64,000 nucleotides of DNA from an uncultured Acidobacteriota bacterium (GTDB lineage Bacteria > Acidobacteriota > Terriglobia > Acidiferrales > UBA7541). Where the stretch lies: NCBI GenBank assembly GCA_963766985.1, contig CAVYCJ010000001.1:45634-109633 (forward strand), given 5' to 3'. Numbering within the stretch: position 1 is the stretch's first letter; each line of letters begins with the position of its first letter. This document shows positions 36,231 to 45,500 of this stretch, in pieces. The notes below the pieces were generated by a model, which searched no databases, was not told the origin of the DNA, and saw nothing but the letters and a program-made list of their open reading frames with translations. The translations under genes were made by a program, and so were the position numbers.

Positions 36231-37848
36231 CTAGACGCCGGTGATTTCGCCGGCGTCATCTGTATCGATGTTCAGTGCGCGCGATTGTTTTGGCAGCCCC
36301 GGCATCAAGACCATGTTGCCGGAAATGATGACCACGAATTTTGCTCCCGCCGAAAGCGCAGCATCGGAAATGTGCAAGGTCCAACCGGTCGGGGCGCCGG
36401 GGAGTTTCGGATCGTCGGTGAAACTGTACTGCGTCTTCGCAATGCATACTGGCAACTTCGCGTAGCCCCACTGTGAAAATCGTTCAAGCTTCGATTCGGC
36501 CTGATCTGTAAAACTCACATTCGCCGCGCCGTAAATTTTCGTGGCAACCTTCCGGATTTTTTCCACCAAGCGAATCCGACAAGTCGTACGCCGCCGTCAC
36601 CACCGGCTCCGGATTTTGCGCCATCACTTCGACCACTAATTCCGCAAGATCTTTCGCGCCAGGCCCGCCCTTTGTGAACGCCTCCGACATCGCCGTCCGC
36701 GTTCCATGCTCTGCTGCATAATCCGCCAAATATTTCAGATCGGCGTCGGTGTCTTGCGGAAAACGATTCACCGCAACGATCGTCGGCAATCCGTACGACT
36801 TCATGTTGTCGATGTGCTTGCCCAGATTGGGCAATCCTTTGTCGAGATCGCCGCCGCCTTGCGTGCGGATGCTCTGCACCGTCGTAACAACAACCGCGAC
36901 AGCGGGCTTCGTTCCGGATTGCTGCATCACGATATCGAGGAATTTTTCGGCGCCGAGATCTGCGGCGAATCCCGCTTCGTTCACGACGTAGTCGGCTAGA
37001 CGCAGCGCCATTTTCTGCGAGACGACGCTGCTGGTGCCGTGGGCAATATTTGCGAACGGACCTGTGTGGACAAACGCAGGCGTTCCATCGGAGGTTTGCG
37101 CCAGATTGGGCAGGATCGCTTCGGAGAGCAGCGCCATCATGCCTCCGACTGCATGGAGATCTCCGGCACGCACAGGCTTTCCTTCGCGTGTCATGCCGAT
37201 GACGATGGATTCCAGTCGATGGCGCAGGTCTTTGCGATTTTCGGCGAGCGCGAGAATCGCCATGATTTCGCTGGCGGCCGTAATGACGAATGCCGTCTTG
37301 CGATTCGCGCCGTCGCGCTTGCCGCCGACATCGATTTGAATACGACGCAGCGCGCGATCGTTCATGTCCATGGCGCGCGGCCAGGTGATCTGATTGGGAT
37401 CGAGATTGAGTTCGTTGCCGTGGAACAAATGCGCGTCGATCAACGCCGCAAGAAGATTGTTGGCGCTGGAAATTGCGTGGAAGTCACCGTGGAAATGCAG
37501 ATTGATTTTCGCGGCAGGCTCGATTTGCGAGAGGCCTCCGCCCGCTGCGCCGCCTTTCATACCGAAGACGGGCCCAAGAGACGGCTCGCGCGACGTTATC
37601 ACTGCGCGTTTACCGATGTGCGCGAGTCCTTGCGTCAATCCGATCGACGTTACCGTTTTGCCTTCGCCGGAAACAGTCGGCGTCGTCGCGGTGACGAGAA
37701 TCATTCTTCCGCGCGGCTTTGCGAACGCTGGATCGTTCAGAAGTTCGAGGCGAATCTTTGCGCCGTACGAACTCACTTGTTCGACGTATTGATCGGGGAT
37801 TTCGAGCTTTTTCGCGACGTCCTTAATCGGGAGGAGTGTTTTGGCCAT
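36231..37848 (-). pseudogene. fhs: Formate--tetrahydrofolate ligase, frame interrupted near the 3' end
   Basis: From ATG 37848: MAKTLLPIKDVAKKLEIPDQYVE...TPTVSGEGKTVTSIGL...; the C-terminus continues in ORF 36231..36569 (VEKIRKVATKIYGAANVSFT...PGLPK). Junction: ..AAYDLSDSL|VEKIRKV. One extra nt lies near 36563..36567. Confidence 0.85.
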
Positions 37849-37941
37849 GGGGAATAGATGTGTAGGATGGGCCTCCGGTAGCAATGTAGCACAGCGATGG
37901 AGATGCTTCGATTGCGAGAGCGCCGAAGCCTGGAGTGACTG

Positions 37942-38868
37942 ATGAAGCCGGCATGCATCCTGAAGTCGCGGGATCTTTGTGGAGAGAGTCCACTGTTCGA
38001 TACCACGGGAAGGTCCTTCTATTGGACGGACATCAATGGTTTCGCGATCCGGAGATTTTATTTGCCGACGGGCGAAGTGAAATCGTGGAAGTTCGATGCG
38101 CCTGTTACGGCGCTGGCGCTGACTTCGATCGATGGTTGGCTACTTGCGGCCGTTGGAGGGCGACTGCTGTTCTGGTCGGCCGATGGCGATCGGCGTGTGG
38201 AATTTGTGGCAGTCGAACGCGACTGGCCGAATCATCGGCTGAATGATGGATCGGCGGACAGCGAAGGAAATTTCTGGGTCGGAAGCATGCCGAATAATGT
38301 CGCTGCCGATGGAAGCGCAAGGAAGGCCGAGGGATTTACCGGGTCGCTCTATCGGGTCACGCCGGACGGAGATGTTTCGGTGCGCGATTCAGGCTTTGGA
38401 ATTACGAACACCCTTGTGTGGAGTCCGGATCGATCAACATTTTATTGTGCGTGCACGATTCGAGATGTGATCTGGGCCTACGATTTTGTTAAAGACGGAG
38501 CGCAATCTGACGTACGGAATCGGCGAGTGTTTGCGGAGAAAGCAGGGCCAGGGTTGCCGGATGGATCGGCGATGGATGAAGAAGGGTTCGTGTGGAACTG
38601 CCGGTGGGGCGGAAAGGGAATCTTGCGGATCGCGCCAAACGGTGAAGTTGTCGACAGGATTGAAATGGAGGTTTCGAATGTGACCAACTGTGCGTTTGAC
38701 GGCGGGGGCGGTGAGGGAGTGCTGTACATTACGACGGCGTCGATGGGGGCGGAGTCGGAGGAGACGGCGGGAGGTCTGTTTGCGATGCGGACTCTGGTGA
38801 ACGGGACAGAGGTTGGGAAGTTTCGGATTTCGGGGGAGTGGGCGGAGCGGCTGGCGCGTCGAGCGTAG
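37942..38868 (+). CDS. SMP-30/gluconolactonase/LRE family protein
   Basis: 308 aa, six-bladed propeller-like repeats. Motifs GESPLFD, RLNDGSADSEGNFWVGSM, PDGSAMDEEG, TNCAFDG. Confidence 0.8.
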   Translation: MKPACILKSRDLCGESPLFDTTGRSFYWTDINGFAIRRFYLPTGEVKSWKFDAPVTALALTSIDGWLLAAVGGRLLFWSADGDRRVEFVAVERDWPNHRLNDGSADSEGNFWVGSMPNNVAADGSARKAEGFTGSLYRVTPDGDVSVRDSGFGITNTLVWSPDRSTFYCACTIRDVIWAYDFVKDGAQSDVRNRRVFAEKAGPGLPDGSAMDEEGFVWNCRWGGKGILRIAPNGEVVDRIEMEVSNVTNCAFDGGGGEGVLYITTASMGAESEETAGGLFAMRTLVNGTEVGKFRISGEWAERLARRA

Positions 38869-40309
38869 GGAAAAGACTGTGGGGGTCGAAAGCCGATTTG
38901 ATTCTTTTTGCGAGTGTGCGTTCGGACGCGAGCGATTCGCTGAAAATCGCGCAGTAGGAGTTTTTCAATTGTGGCGGAGCGGAGATTACTTGGGCGCGAC
39001 CATTGAGCGATCGCGCGAGCGTGAGAATTTCTCGAGCGAAGAGGGAAGCGATCGGGGCGCTGGTCGAAGGCGCCGCGGATTCGGCACCCGAACTTTCCGT
39101 TTGTAGAGACGTGGCGATCAGAATTGGTCCGGATGCGCGGGCGATGATGGCGAGTGGGAGTTGGGCAGCGTCGGCGAGAGATTGAAGTACGGTGGCTGCT
39201 TGTATGTGTTGCGCGGGAGGAATCGCGAGTTTCACCACGACTGGTGCGGCGAAGGTTCCCCGGAAGTAAGCGATGGATTCGCGCAGGCGGGCGGCCAGAA
39301 TGGCAACTCCGGCTTGATCCTCGAGGATATGCATGTCGCTGGCCTGGCATTGCTCGGCGATTTCGGCAAGTTCGCGTTTGTAGCGAGCGAGTAGGTCTTC
39401 GTTGCCGGAAAATTCTGTGAACAAATACCAGTGATTGCCGGCGGATTCAGGGAAAGGTTCAGCTGCCCTTCGAAGCTCAGGGTCAGAAGTGCCGCTGTCG
39501 CCGACTGGCGTGGCGGAGTTGGTGTTGCCGTCGAAAAGGCGGGCGCCTTGGGCGTTGAGTACGTCCAGTGTGAGCGGGGTTAGCGGAGAGTGGATGATCT
39601 TCTGGCGCGCAGCGAGGGCGGACTTGTGGTCAGGAAAAGCAGCGAGAAATCCTTGCGTCGCGCTGGGTGTCGGAAACGTGCGGAAGTTGAGTCGCGTGAT
39701 AACCGCGAGCGTGCCGCAGGAACCGACGAGGAGTTTGTGGAAGTCGTAGCCAGTGACATTTTTGACGACGCGGCCGCCGGTCTTGATTTGTGAGCCGTTG
39801 CCGTCGATAAATTCGGCGCCGAGGAGAAAATCGCGCGGTGTGCCGTAGGCGTTGCGCAGCGGGGAGTCGAAACCTGCGGCGATCGTTCCACCGATGGTGG
39901 CTTGTGTGTAGTAGGGAACGAGGAGCGGGATGAATTGGTTCTGCTCGCCCAACATAGCGTTGAGTCTTGCTAGGGGCATGCCGGCACCGACGCTGACGGT
40001 GAGATCGGCGGGATCGTAGTGGGCGACTTCGTCCAGCGCGGTGAGATCGAGAGCAACGTCGTAGCGAGACGGGGTTGGTGCACAGAAAAGTTTTGTGCGG
40101 GCGCCGACGGGGATGATGGACAGATTTTCTTTCGCGGCGAAGCGAACGATTTCGGCGGCTTGCTCGGCGGAAGCGGGCTTGGCAAAGGCGGTTGGGGCGA
40201 TACCGTCGATCGCGTACAAATCGCGGTTGGCGGCTTTGGCAACAAAAATCGCGTTCGCGCCGAGGACGGACTCGAGACGTGCGACGGCGCTGTCGGTGAC
40301 GGCACTCAT
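38729..40309 (-). CDS. glcE: Glycolate oxidase FAD-binding subunit (GlcE-like) with long Pro-rich tail
   Basis: FAD_binding_4-like N-terminus (IIPVGARTKL...; TIGGTIAAG). The start overlaps the glcD stop (ATGA at 40306..40309). The last ~47 codons overlap the convergent SMP-30 gene. Confidence 0.7.
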   Translation of the reverse strand: MSAVTDSAVARLESVLGANAIFVAKAANRDLYAIDGIAPTAFAKPASAEQAAEIVRFAAKENLSIIPVGARTKLFCAPTPSRYDVALDLTALDEVAHYDPADLTVSVGAGMPLARLNAMLGEQNQFIPLLVPYYTQATIGGTIAAGFDSPLRNAYGTPRDFLLGAEFIDGNGSQIKTGGRVVKNVTGYDFHKLLVGSCGTLAVITRLNFRTFPTPSATQGFLAAFPDHKSALAARQKIIHSPLTPLTLDVLNAQGARLFDGNTNSATPVGDSGTSDPELRRAAEPFPESAGNHWYLFTEFSGNEDLLARYKRELAEIAEQCQASDMHILEDQAGVAILAARLRESIAYFRGTFAAPVVVKLAIPPAQHIQAATVLQSLADAAQLPLAIIARASGPILIATSLQTESSGAESAAPSTSAPIASLFAREILTLARSLNGRAQVISAPPQLKNSYCAIFSESLASERTLAKRIKSAFDPHSLFPTLDAPAAPPTPPKSETSQPLSRSPESASQTDLPPSPPTPPPSTPS

Positions 40310-41802
40310 GAGGCGGAAACGGGTGCAGGCGCGGATTCAGGCGCAACGTCGGATTTTGGAGTCTGCACGTGATGGGGTTTGAGGCGCGTTTCGCCGCAGC
40401 CTTTGCCGAGCGGGAAAACTTTTCCGGGATTGAGCGAGCATTTTGGATTGAATGCGTCGTGGACGCGGCGCATGAATTCGAAATCGGCGTCGGAAAAGAG
40501 AAGCGGCATGAGCTCGCTTTTTTCCATACCGATGCCGTGTTCACCGGTGAGGCTGCCGCCGACTTCAACGCAGTAACGGATGATTTCGGCGGATGCTTTC
40601 AGCGCGCGCTGGAATTGTTCGTTGTCGCGGAGATCATAGAGAACGATGGGATGGAGATTGCCGTCGCCGGCGTGGAATACGTTGCCGATGTTGAAGCCGA
40701 ATTGGGTACCGATTTCCTGGATGCGGCGGAGAGTTTGCGGGAGTTTCGAACGGGGAATTACGCCATCGAGCACGTAGATGCCGGAGGCGATGCGACCGAG
40801 GGCGCCGAAAGAGTTCTTGCGGCCTTTCCAGAGAAGATCGCGCTCTTTGTCGTCGCGAGCGACGCGAACTTCACGCGCTTTGTGCACGCGGCAGATTTCG
40901 TCGATGGCGGCGGCCTGCGACGTGACGGCTTCGAGCATGCCTTCGACTTCGAGGAGAAGGACAGCGCCGGAATCCATCGGGAAGCCAGCGTGAATGTAGT
41001 CCTCGATGACGCGGAGCGTCCAGCCGTCGAGCATTTCGCAGGCGGCGGGAGTGATGCCGCGAGCGGTGATGTCGGCGACGCTTTCGGAGGCGTCGTCCAC
41101 AGTTTCGAAAACGGCGAGAAGTGTTTTGATGGCTTCGGCCTTGCGGGTCAGCTTGACGGTGATTTCGGTAACGAGAGCGAGGGTGCCTTCGGAGCCGACG
41201 AAGAGGCCGGTGAGATCGTAGGAGCAGGCGTCGCCCTGTTTGCTGCCGACGCGAACGATTTCGCCGTCGGGGAGGACGAGTTCGAGGGCGGTGACGTGGT
41301 TGGTGGTGACGCCGTTGGCGAGCGTATGCGGTCCGCCGGCGTTTTCGGCGACGTTGCCGCCGATGGTGGAGGATTTTTGGCTTGATGGATCGGGCGCGAA
41401 GTAAAAGCCGGCGTGTTCGACGGCGCGGGTGATGTCTAGATTGACGACGCCGGGTTGGACGACGGCGCGCTGATTTTCGAAGTCGAGTTCGAGAATGCGA
41501 TTCATGCGGGAGAAGACGAGCATGAGTCCACCGGAGCGGGCGAGTGCGCCCCCGGAGAGGCCGGTGCCCGCGCCTCGACCGAGGATGGGAATGTTGTATC
41601 GGGCGGCGAGGCGGACGATTTCGGAGACTTCGGCGCTGGTGGACGGGAAGGCGACGAGGTCGGGGCGGCCTTTTTCAACGGAGCCGTCGTATTCGTAGAG
41701 GATGAGGTCTTCGGGACGGGAGAGGACGGCGTTTTGGCCGAGAAGTTTTTCGAGCGCGCGGATGAGGTCGCGGGGCGGTGGAGATTTGGGGGTTTCAGAC
41801 AC
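40306..41802 (-). CDS. glcD: Glycolate oxidase subunit GlcD (FAD-linked oxidase)
   Basis: 498 aa. Motifs ILGRGAGTGLSGGA, STIGGNVAENAGGPH and GGSLTGEHGIGMEK are typical GlcD/D-lactate dehydrogenase motifs. Confidence 0.9.
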   Translation of the reverse strand: MSETPKSPPPRDLIRALEKLLGQNAVLSRPEDLILYEYDGSVEKGRPDLVAFPSTSAEVSEIVRLAARYNIPILGRGAGTGLSGGALARSGGLMLVFSRMNRILELDFENQRAVVQPGVVNLDITRAVEHAGFYFAPDPSSQKSSTIGGNVAENAGGPHTLANGVTTNHVTALELVLPDGEIVRVGSKQGDACSYDLTGLFVGSEGTLALVTEITVKLTRKAEAIKTLLAVFETVDDASESVADITARGITPAACEMLDGWTLRVIEDYIHAGFPMDSGAVLLLEVEGMLEAVTSQAAAIDEICRVHKAREVRVARDDKERDLLWKGRKNSFGALGRIASGIYVLDGVIPRSKLPQTLRRIQEIGTQFGFNIGNVFHAGDGNLHPIVLYDLRDNEQFQRALKASAEIIRYCVEVGGSLTGEHGIGMEKSELMPLLFSDADFEFMRRVHDAFNPKCSLNPGKVFPLGKGCGETRLKPHHVQTPKSDVAPESAPAPVSAS

Positions 41803-42465
41803 GGTGGGTTTAGGTTAGCGCAGATGGCGGGTTGTGGGGAGATGACTCAGACGTACATTGAGGAAGAGTTATGAGGACCGAACTTGCGGTCCGTTCGCGC
41901 GAAAAAAGCCATCTGCCGGTTACGGTGTTAATCGGGATTTGGGAGTCAGCTTCGTGCGACTTTTCGCCCATACTTGAATTTTCAGTCCCAATCCGCTTGC
42001 GGACAACTGTTCGCAGAAAGCAGGGGCCAGAAGAAGTTCGAAACACTTATCGCCCTCTTGAAATTTTAGAGATGTCCAGAAATTAATAACTATTTCTCCG
42101 CTTCCGCTTTCATAAATAAATGTTCTCAATAACTTCCCGTTCCTGCGAAGGAACCTGACGACTCTTGACAGGGCAACCCGGAATTTGCCTGAAGAATTTC
42201 CCTTTTGAAGAATGGCTTGAAAAAGTGCCCCTCGGGCGTTCGGTTTAATAAACGCAACCCTGGGGTTCACAGAGAGAGCTTTGCCGATGCTTAGTTCACT
42301 GCGCGAAGGATGGCGGAGGACCAGCTCGACGGTAAACGAGTCTCGAAGCATTTGTCGTGAATATCATATCAGGCTTATCCCTAGCGGCTGCTTCGTGGAA
42401 ATCTGACCTCTAGTTATGAGGCCGGCGGCCAACGCTCGCCTGCTGGTGAAGTATTCCATCTAAAA

Positions 42466-42488
42466 TTCTTCGCTACGCTTAGGATCAC
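42466..42488 (-). repeat. Degenerate family-1 repeat (reverse orientation)
   Basis: TTCTTCGCTACGCTTAGGATCAC matches the reverse complement of the family-1 consensus at about 19 of 23 positions. Confidence 0.45.
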
Positions 42489-42715
42489 AGAGCCTTTTTT
42501 GTGGAAATCGACATCCAAGACTTTGCTGGAGGTCGGGCGATATCGCCGTGACAGGCTGGTACGTGCGGACATGGCGTGCAGCAGTGCTGCGCTCGGTGCG
42601 CGGATTTGGTCCCAGTTGAGGTGGAATCTAAGTCCCGCGATCGGGGAAGCGATCGCGGCTACAGGTGGTTGAGACCAGTTTGAGTCGTCGTTATGGTGCG
42701 GGTTGGGTTTGGTCT

Positions 42716-42752
42716 AAACCCGCACCCTCTAAAAGCTGAGGGTGCGGCACCC
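42716..42752 (-). repeat. Family-2 repeat, inverted copy
   Basis: The reverse complement is GGGTGCCGCACCCTCAGCTTTTAGAGGGTGCGGGTTT. It has 2 mismatches over 37 nt against 22944..22980. Confidence 0.8.
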
Positions 42753-42754
42753 AA

Positions 42755-42850
42755 CTGCCGACTACACTCAACACCGAGCTGCCGGCCACACTCGACACCG
42801 AACTGCTGATCACACTCAACGCCCAAATGCCGACCGACACTGAACTGAGG
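42755..42850. repeat. Degenerate tandem repeat, about 24-nt unit x 4
   Basis: Units are CTGCCGACTACACTCAACACCGAG, CTGCCGGCCACACTCGACACCGAA, CTGCTGATCACACTCAACGCCCAAA and TGCCGACCGACACTGAACTGAGG. Units 1 and 2 are identical at 20 of 24 positions. Confidence 0.7.
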
Positions 42851-42901
42851 TCTGGCGTGTTAACGTAGCGCGAATTGTTTTGTGTTGAAGGAGAAGGTGG
42901 A

Positions 42902-43882
42902 ATGCCGAAAGCGCGGGTGTTTGCGACGAGGCCGTTGTTTCCGGCGGCGCAGCAGATTTTGAATGCGAATTGCGAAGTAGAGTATTGGACGCAACCGGAA
43001 CGGATTTCGAAAGAGGAATTGCTTCGGCGCGTGAAGGACAAGGATGGGCTGGTGTGCTTGCTGACGGAGCGCGTGAATGATGAGTTGTTGCGTGCGGCGC
43101 CGAAGCTGCGGATTGCGGCGAACGTGGCGGTGGGATTTGACAACATCGATTTGCCGGCGTGCACGAAACGCGGGGTGGTGGCGACGAATACGCCGGGTGT
43201 GCTGGACGAGACGACGGCGGATTTTGCGTGGACGCTGATGATGGCGGTGGCGCGGCGGATCGGCGAAGGCGAGGCGCTGGCGCGGTCGGGAACGTGGAAG
43301 GGATGGGATCTGGATCAACTGGTGGGCGCGGATGTTTGGGGGAAGACGCTTGGCGTAGTGGGATTTGGACGCATCGGGCGCGCGGTGGCGCGGCGGGCTG
43401 CGGGATTTCAGATGAAGGTGCTGTACACGGATGCGATTCGCGCGCCGCTGGATATCGAGAATGAGGCGAAGGCGGAGTATCGAGATTTGAATTCGCTGCT
43501 GGCGGATTCGGATTTTGTGAGCTTGCATGTGCCGCTGACGGCCGATACGCGCGGGATGTTTGATGTGGCGAAGTTGTCGAAGATGAAGCCGACGGCGTTT
43601 TTGATTAACACGTCGCGCGGGCCGGTGATCGATGAGGCGGCGCTGGTATTTGCGCTGGAGAGCAAGAAGCTGGCGGGGGCGGCGCTGGATGTGTATGAGA
43701 ATGAGCCGTTCATTCACTCAGGATTGAAGCGGCCGAATGTGGTGCTGGCGCCGCATATTGCTTCGGCGTCGCTGGAGACGCGGACGAAGATGGCGGTGAT
43801 TGCGGCGGAGAATGTGGTGACGTTTTTTAAGGGGAAGAAGCCGGCGAATATGTTGAATCCGGAGGCGTGGAAGGCGGGGTGA
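42902..43882 (+). CDS. Glyoxylate/hydroxypyruvate reductase (D-isomer-specific 2-hydroxyacid dehydrogenase)
   Basis: AAGGAG precedes ATG 42902. It has the NAD motif GVVGFGRIGRAVARRA and a catalytic-region RG..ID...L and HIASAS pattern. Confidence 0.85.
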   Translation: MPKARVFATRPLFPAAQQILNANCEVEYWTQPERISKEELLRRVKDKDGLVCLLTERVNDELLRAAPKLRIAANVAVGFDNIDLPACTKRGVVATNTPGVLDETTADFAWTLMMAVARRIGEGEALARSGTWKGWDLDQLVGADVWGKTLGVVGFGRIGRAVARRAAGFQMKVLYTDAIRAPLDIENEAKAEYRDLNSLLADSDFVSLHVPLTADTRGMFDVAKLSKMKPTAFLINTSRGPVIDEAALVFALESKKLAGAALDVYENEPFIHSGLKRPNVVLAPHIASASLETRTKMAVIAAENVVTFFKGKKPANMLNPEAWKAG

Positions 43883-43943
43883 GGCCGGTGGCGTGCTTTC
43901 ACCGGTAGGTGAATCGGTTCGTTGGTCGGTGGTGCTACAGCCT

Positions 43944-43970
43944 GAGGTCCTTCGCTTCGCTCAGGATGAC
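43944..43970 (-). repeat. Family-1 intergenic repeat, short form (reverse)
   Basis: The reverse complement is GTCATCCTGAGCGAAGCGAAGGACCTC. Confidence 0.85.
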
Positions 43971-44076
43971 AATTTATATTTTTGTGATGACATGGCGTTT
44001 TTTTGCACGACGTGAGTTTTGGATGATGTGATTGTGTGGGGCGCGTAGAGGTTGGTGATTCGGTCGGGAGTTTTCT

Positions 44077-45422
44077 ATGGCGGAATTGAAACAGCTTGCC
44101 CGCCAAATTTTCCACGAGACGTTAGCGGCGATTGATATTCCTGCGGCGATGCAGCGGAAGCTGTGGCGCGACGGGACGGTGCTGCATTGCGGCGATGAGT
44201 TGGTCGTGGAGCTGGGCGGATATTCGCGTGTGTGCGTGGTGGCGATCGGGAAAGCGGCGCATGCGATGGTGGAGGGGTTGGCGCCGGTGGTGGCGGGATT
44301 TGGTGGTGGCGCTGTTGGCGATGGGGCGCGCGTGGAGTTTGGCGGAATTGTTAGCGCGCCGACTTCCGCTGAGCGACCGCTGGATGGGCTGCGATATTTT
44401 GTGGGTGGGCATCCGATTCCGAATGACGCGAGTTTGCAGGCGGGGCGCGCGATTCTGGAGGAGTTGCAATCGTGCGACGAGCGGACGCTGGTGTTTTTTC
44501 TTTTGTCGGGCGGAGGGTCGGCGCTGGTGGAGTTGCCGATCGATGCGACGCAGACGTTGGAAGATGTGCAGGGACTTTACTCGGCGCTGGTGACGTGCGG
44601 CGCGCCGATCGCGGATTTGGGAACGGTGCGGCGGCATTTGTCGGCGGTGAAGGGCGGGCGGTTGGCGGCGGCTGCGGGGCGAGCGACGAAAATTACGCTG
44701 GCGGTGAGCGATGTGCCGAAGCGGCAGGAAGCGGCGCTGGCTTCGGGGCCGACGATTCCTGATCCGACGACGGTCGATGATGCGATGCAGGTGATTGCGA
44801 AATACGATTTGCGCGCGCGGCTGCCGCGGCGGATTTGTGAGTGGATTGATGCGGGGCGAATGAGCGAGACGCCCAAGTCGGGCGCAGCGGCGTTTTTTAA
44901 CGCGCACTTTTCGTTGCTGCTGGGGATGGATGATTTGTTTCATCCGGCGCATCGCGCGGCGGAGGGGCTGGGATTTATTACGTGCTGCGATAACTCGACG
45001 GATGATTGGCCGGTGGTGGATGCGGCGGAATATTTGTTGAAGCAGTTGGATGAGTTTGCGGGGATGCATTCGCGGAAGGCGCGTGGCGTTGATTGCGGAT
45101 GGGGAAGTGAGTTCGCCGGTAACGGGGCCGGGAATTGGCGGGAGGAATTCGGCATTTGTGTTGGCTTGCGCGCAGAGGATTGCGGGACGCCGCGTGGCGG
45201 TGTTGAGTGCGGGGACGGATGGGATTGATGGGAATAGTTTTGCGGCGGGGGCGGTGGCTGATGGAGAGACTTTGAGCGCGCGCGGGGGAGTTGGGGATGG
45301 ATGCGGCGGAGTTTTTTCGAGGGAGTGATGCGTTTACGTTTTTTTCGCGGTTGGAGGATGTGGTGGTGACGGGGCCGACGGGCAATAATTTGAGAGATTT
45401 GAGAGTGTTGTTGACGGAGTGA
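44077..45422 (+). pseudogene. Glycerate 2-kinase / hydroxypyruvate reductase-like (DUF4147 + MOFRL), two frame breaks
   Basis: ORF 44077..45228 carries the N-terminal domain (VVAIGKAAHAM; FLLSGGGSAL; VRRHLSAVKGGRL). The MOFRL core continues in ORF 45050..45328 (RRVALIADGEVSSPVTGPGIGGRNSAFVLA...LSAGTDGIDGNS). The end is in a third frame (ARAGELGMDAAEFFRGSDAFTFFSRLEDVVVTGPTGNNLRDLRVLLTE, stop 45420..45422). The breaks lie within 45041..45082 and at the G5 run 45284..45288. Confidence 0.8.
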
Positions 45423-45500
45423 GAGGAGGAGACGTCGGTCGGCACGGCATTGGGCTGTGCGGCATTTTGCGGGCGCGGATGCGTGTTTAGTTGAACTGGA

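Noticed and set aside
41920-42351. 143-aa ORF in the AT-rich island considered as a real gene (toxin/antitoxin-like).
   Set aside because: I recognised no motif and found no SD, and the second half is low complexity. I report it only as part of the anomalous region, not as a feature.
42755-42850. Tandem ~24-nt repeats considered as a CRISPR array.
   Set aside because: The units are directly adjacent with no spacers and degenerate progressively. No cas genes are in the window.
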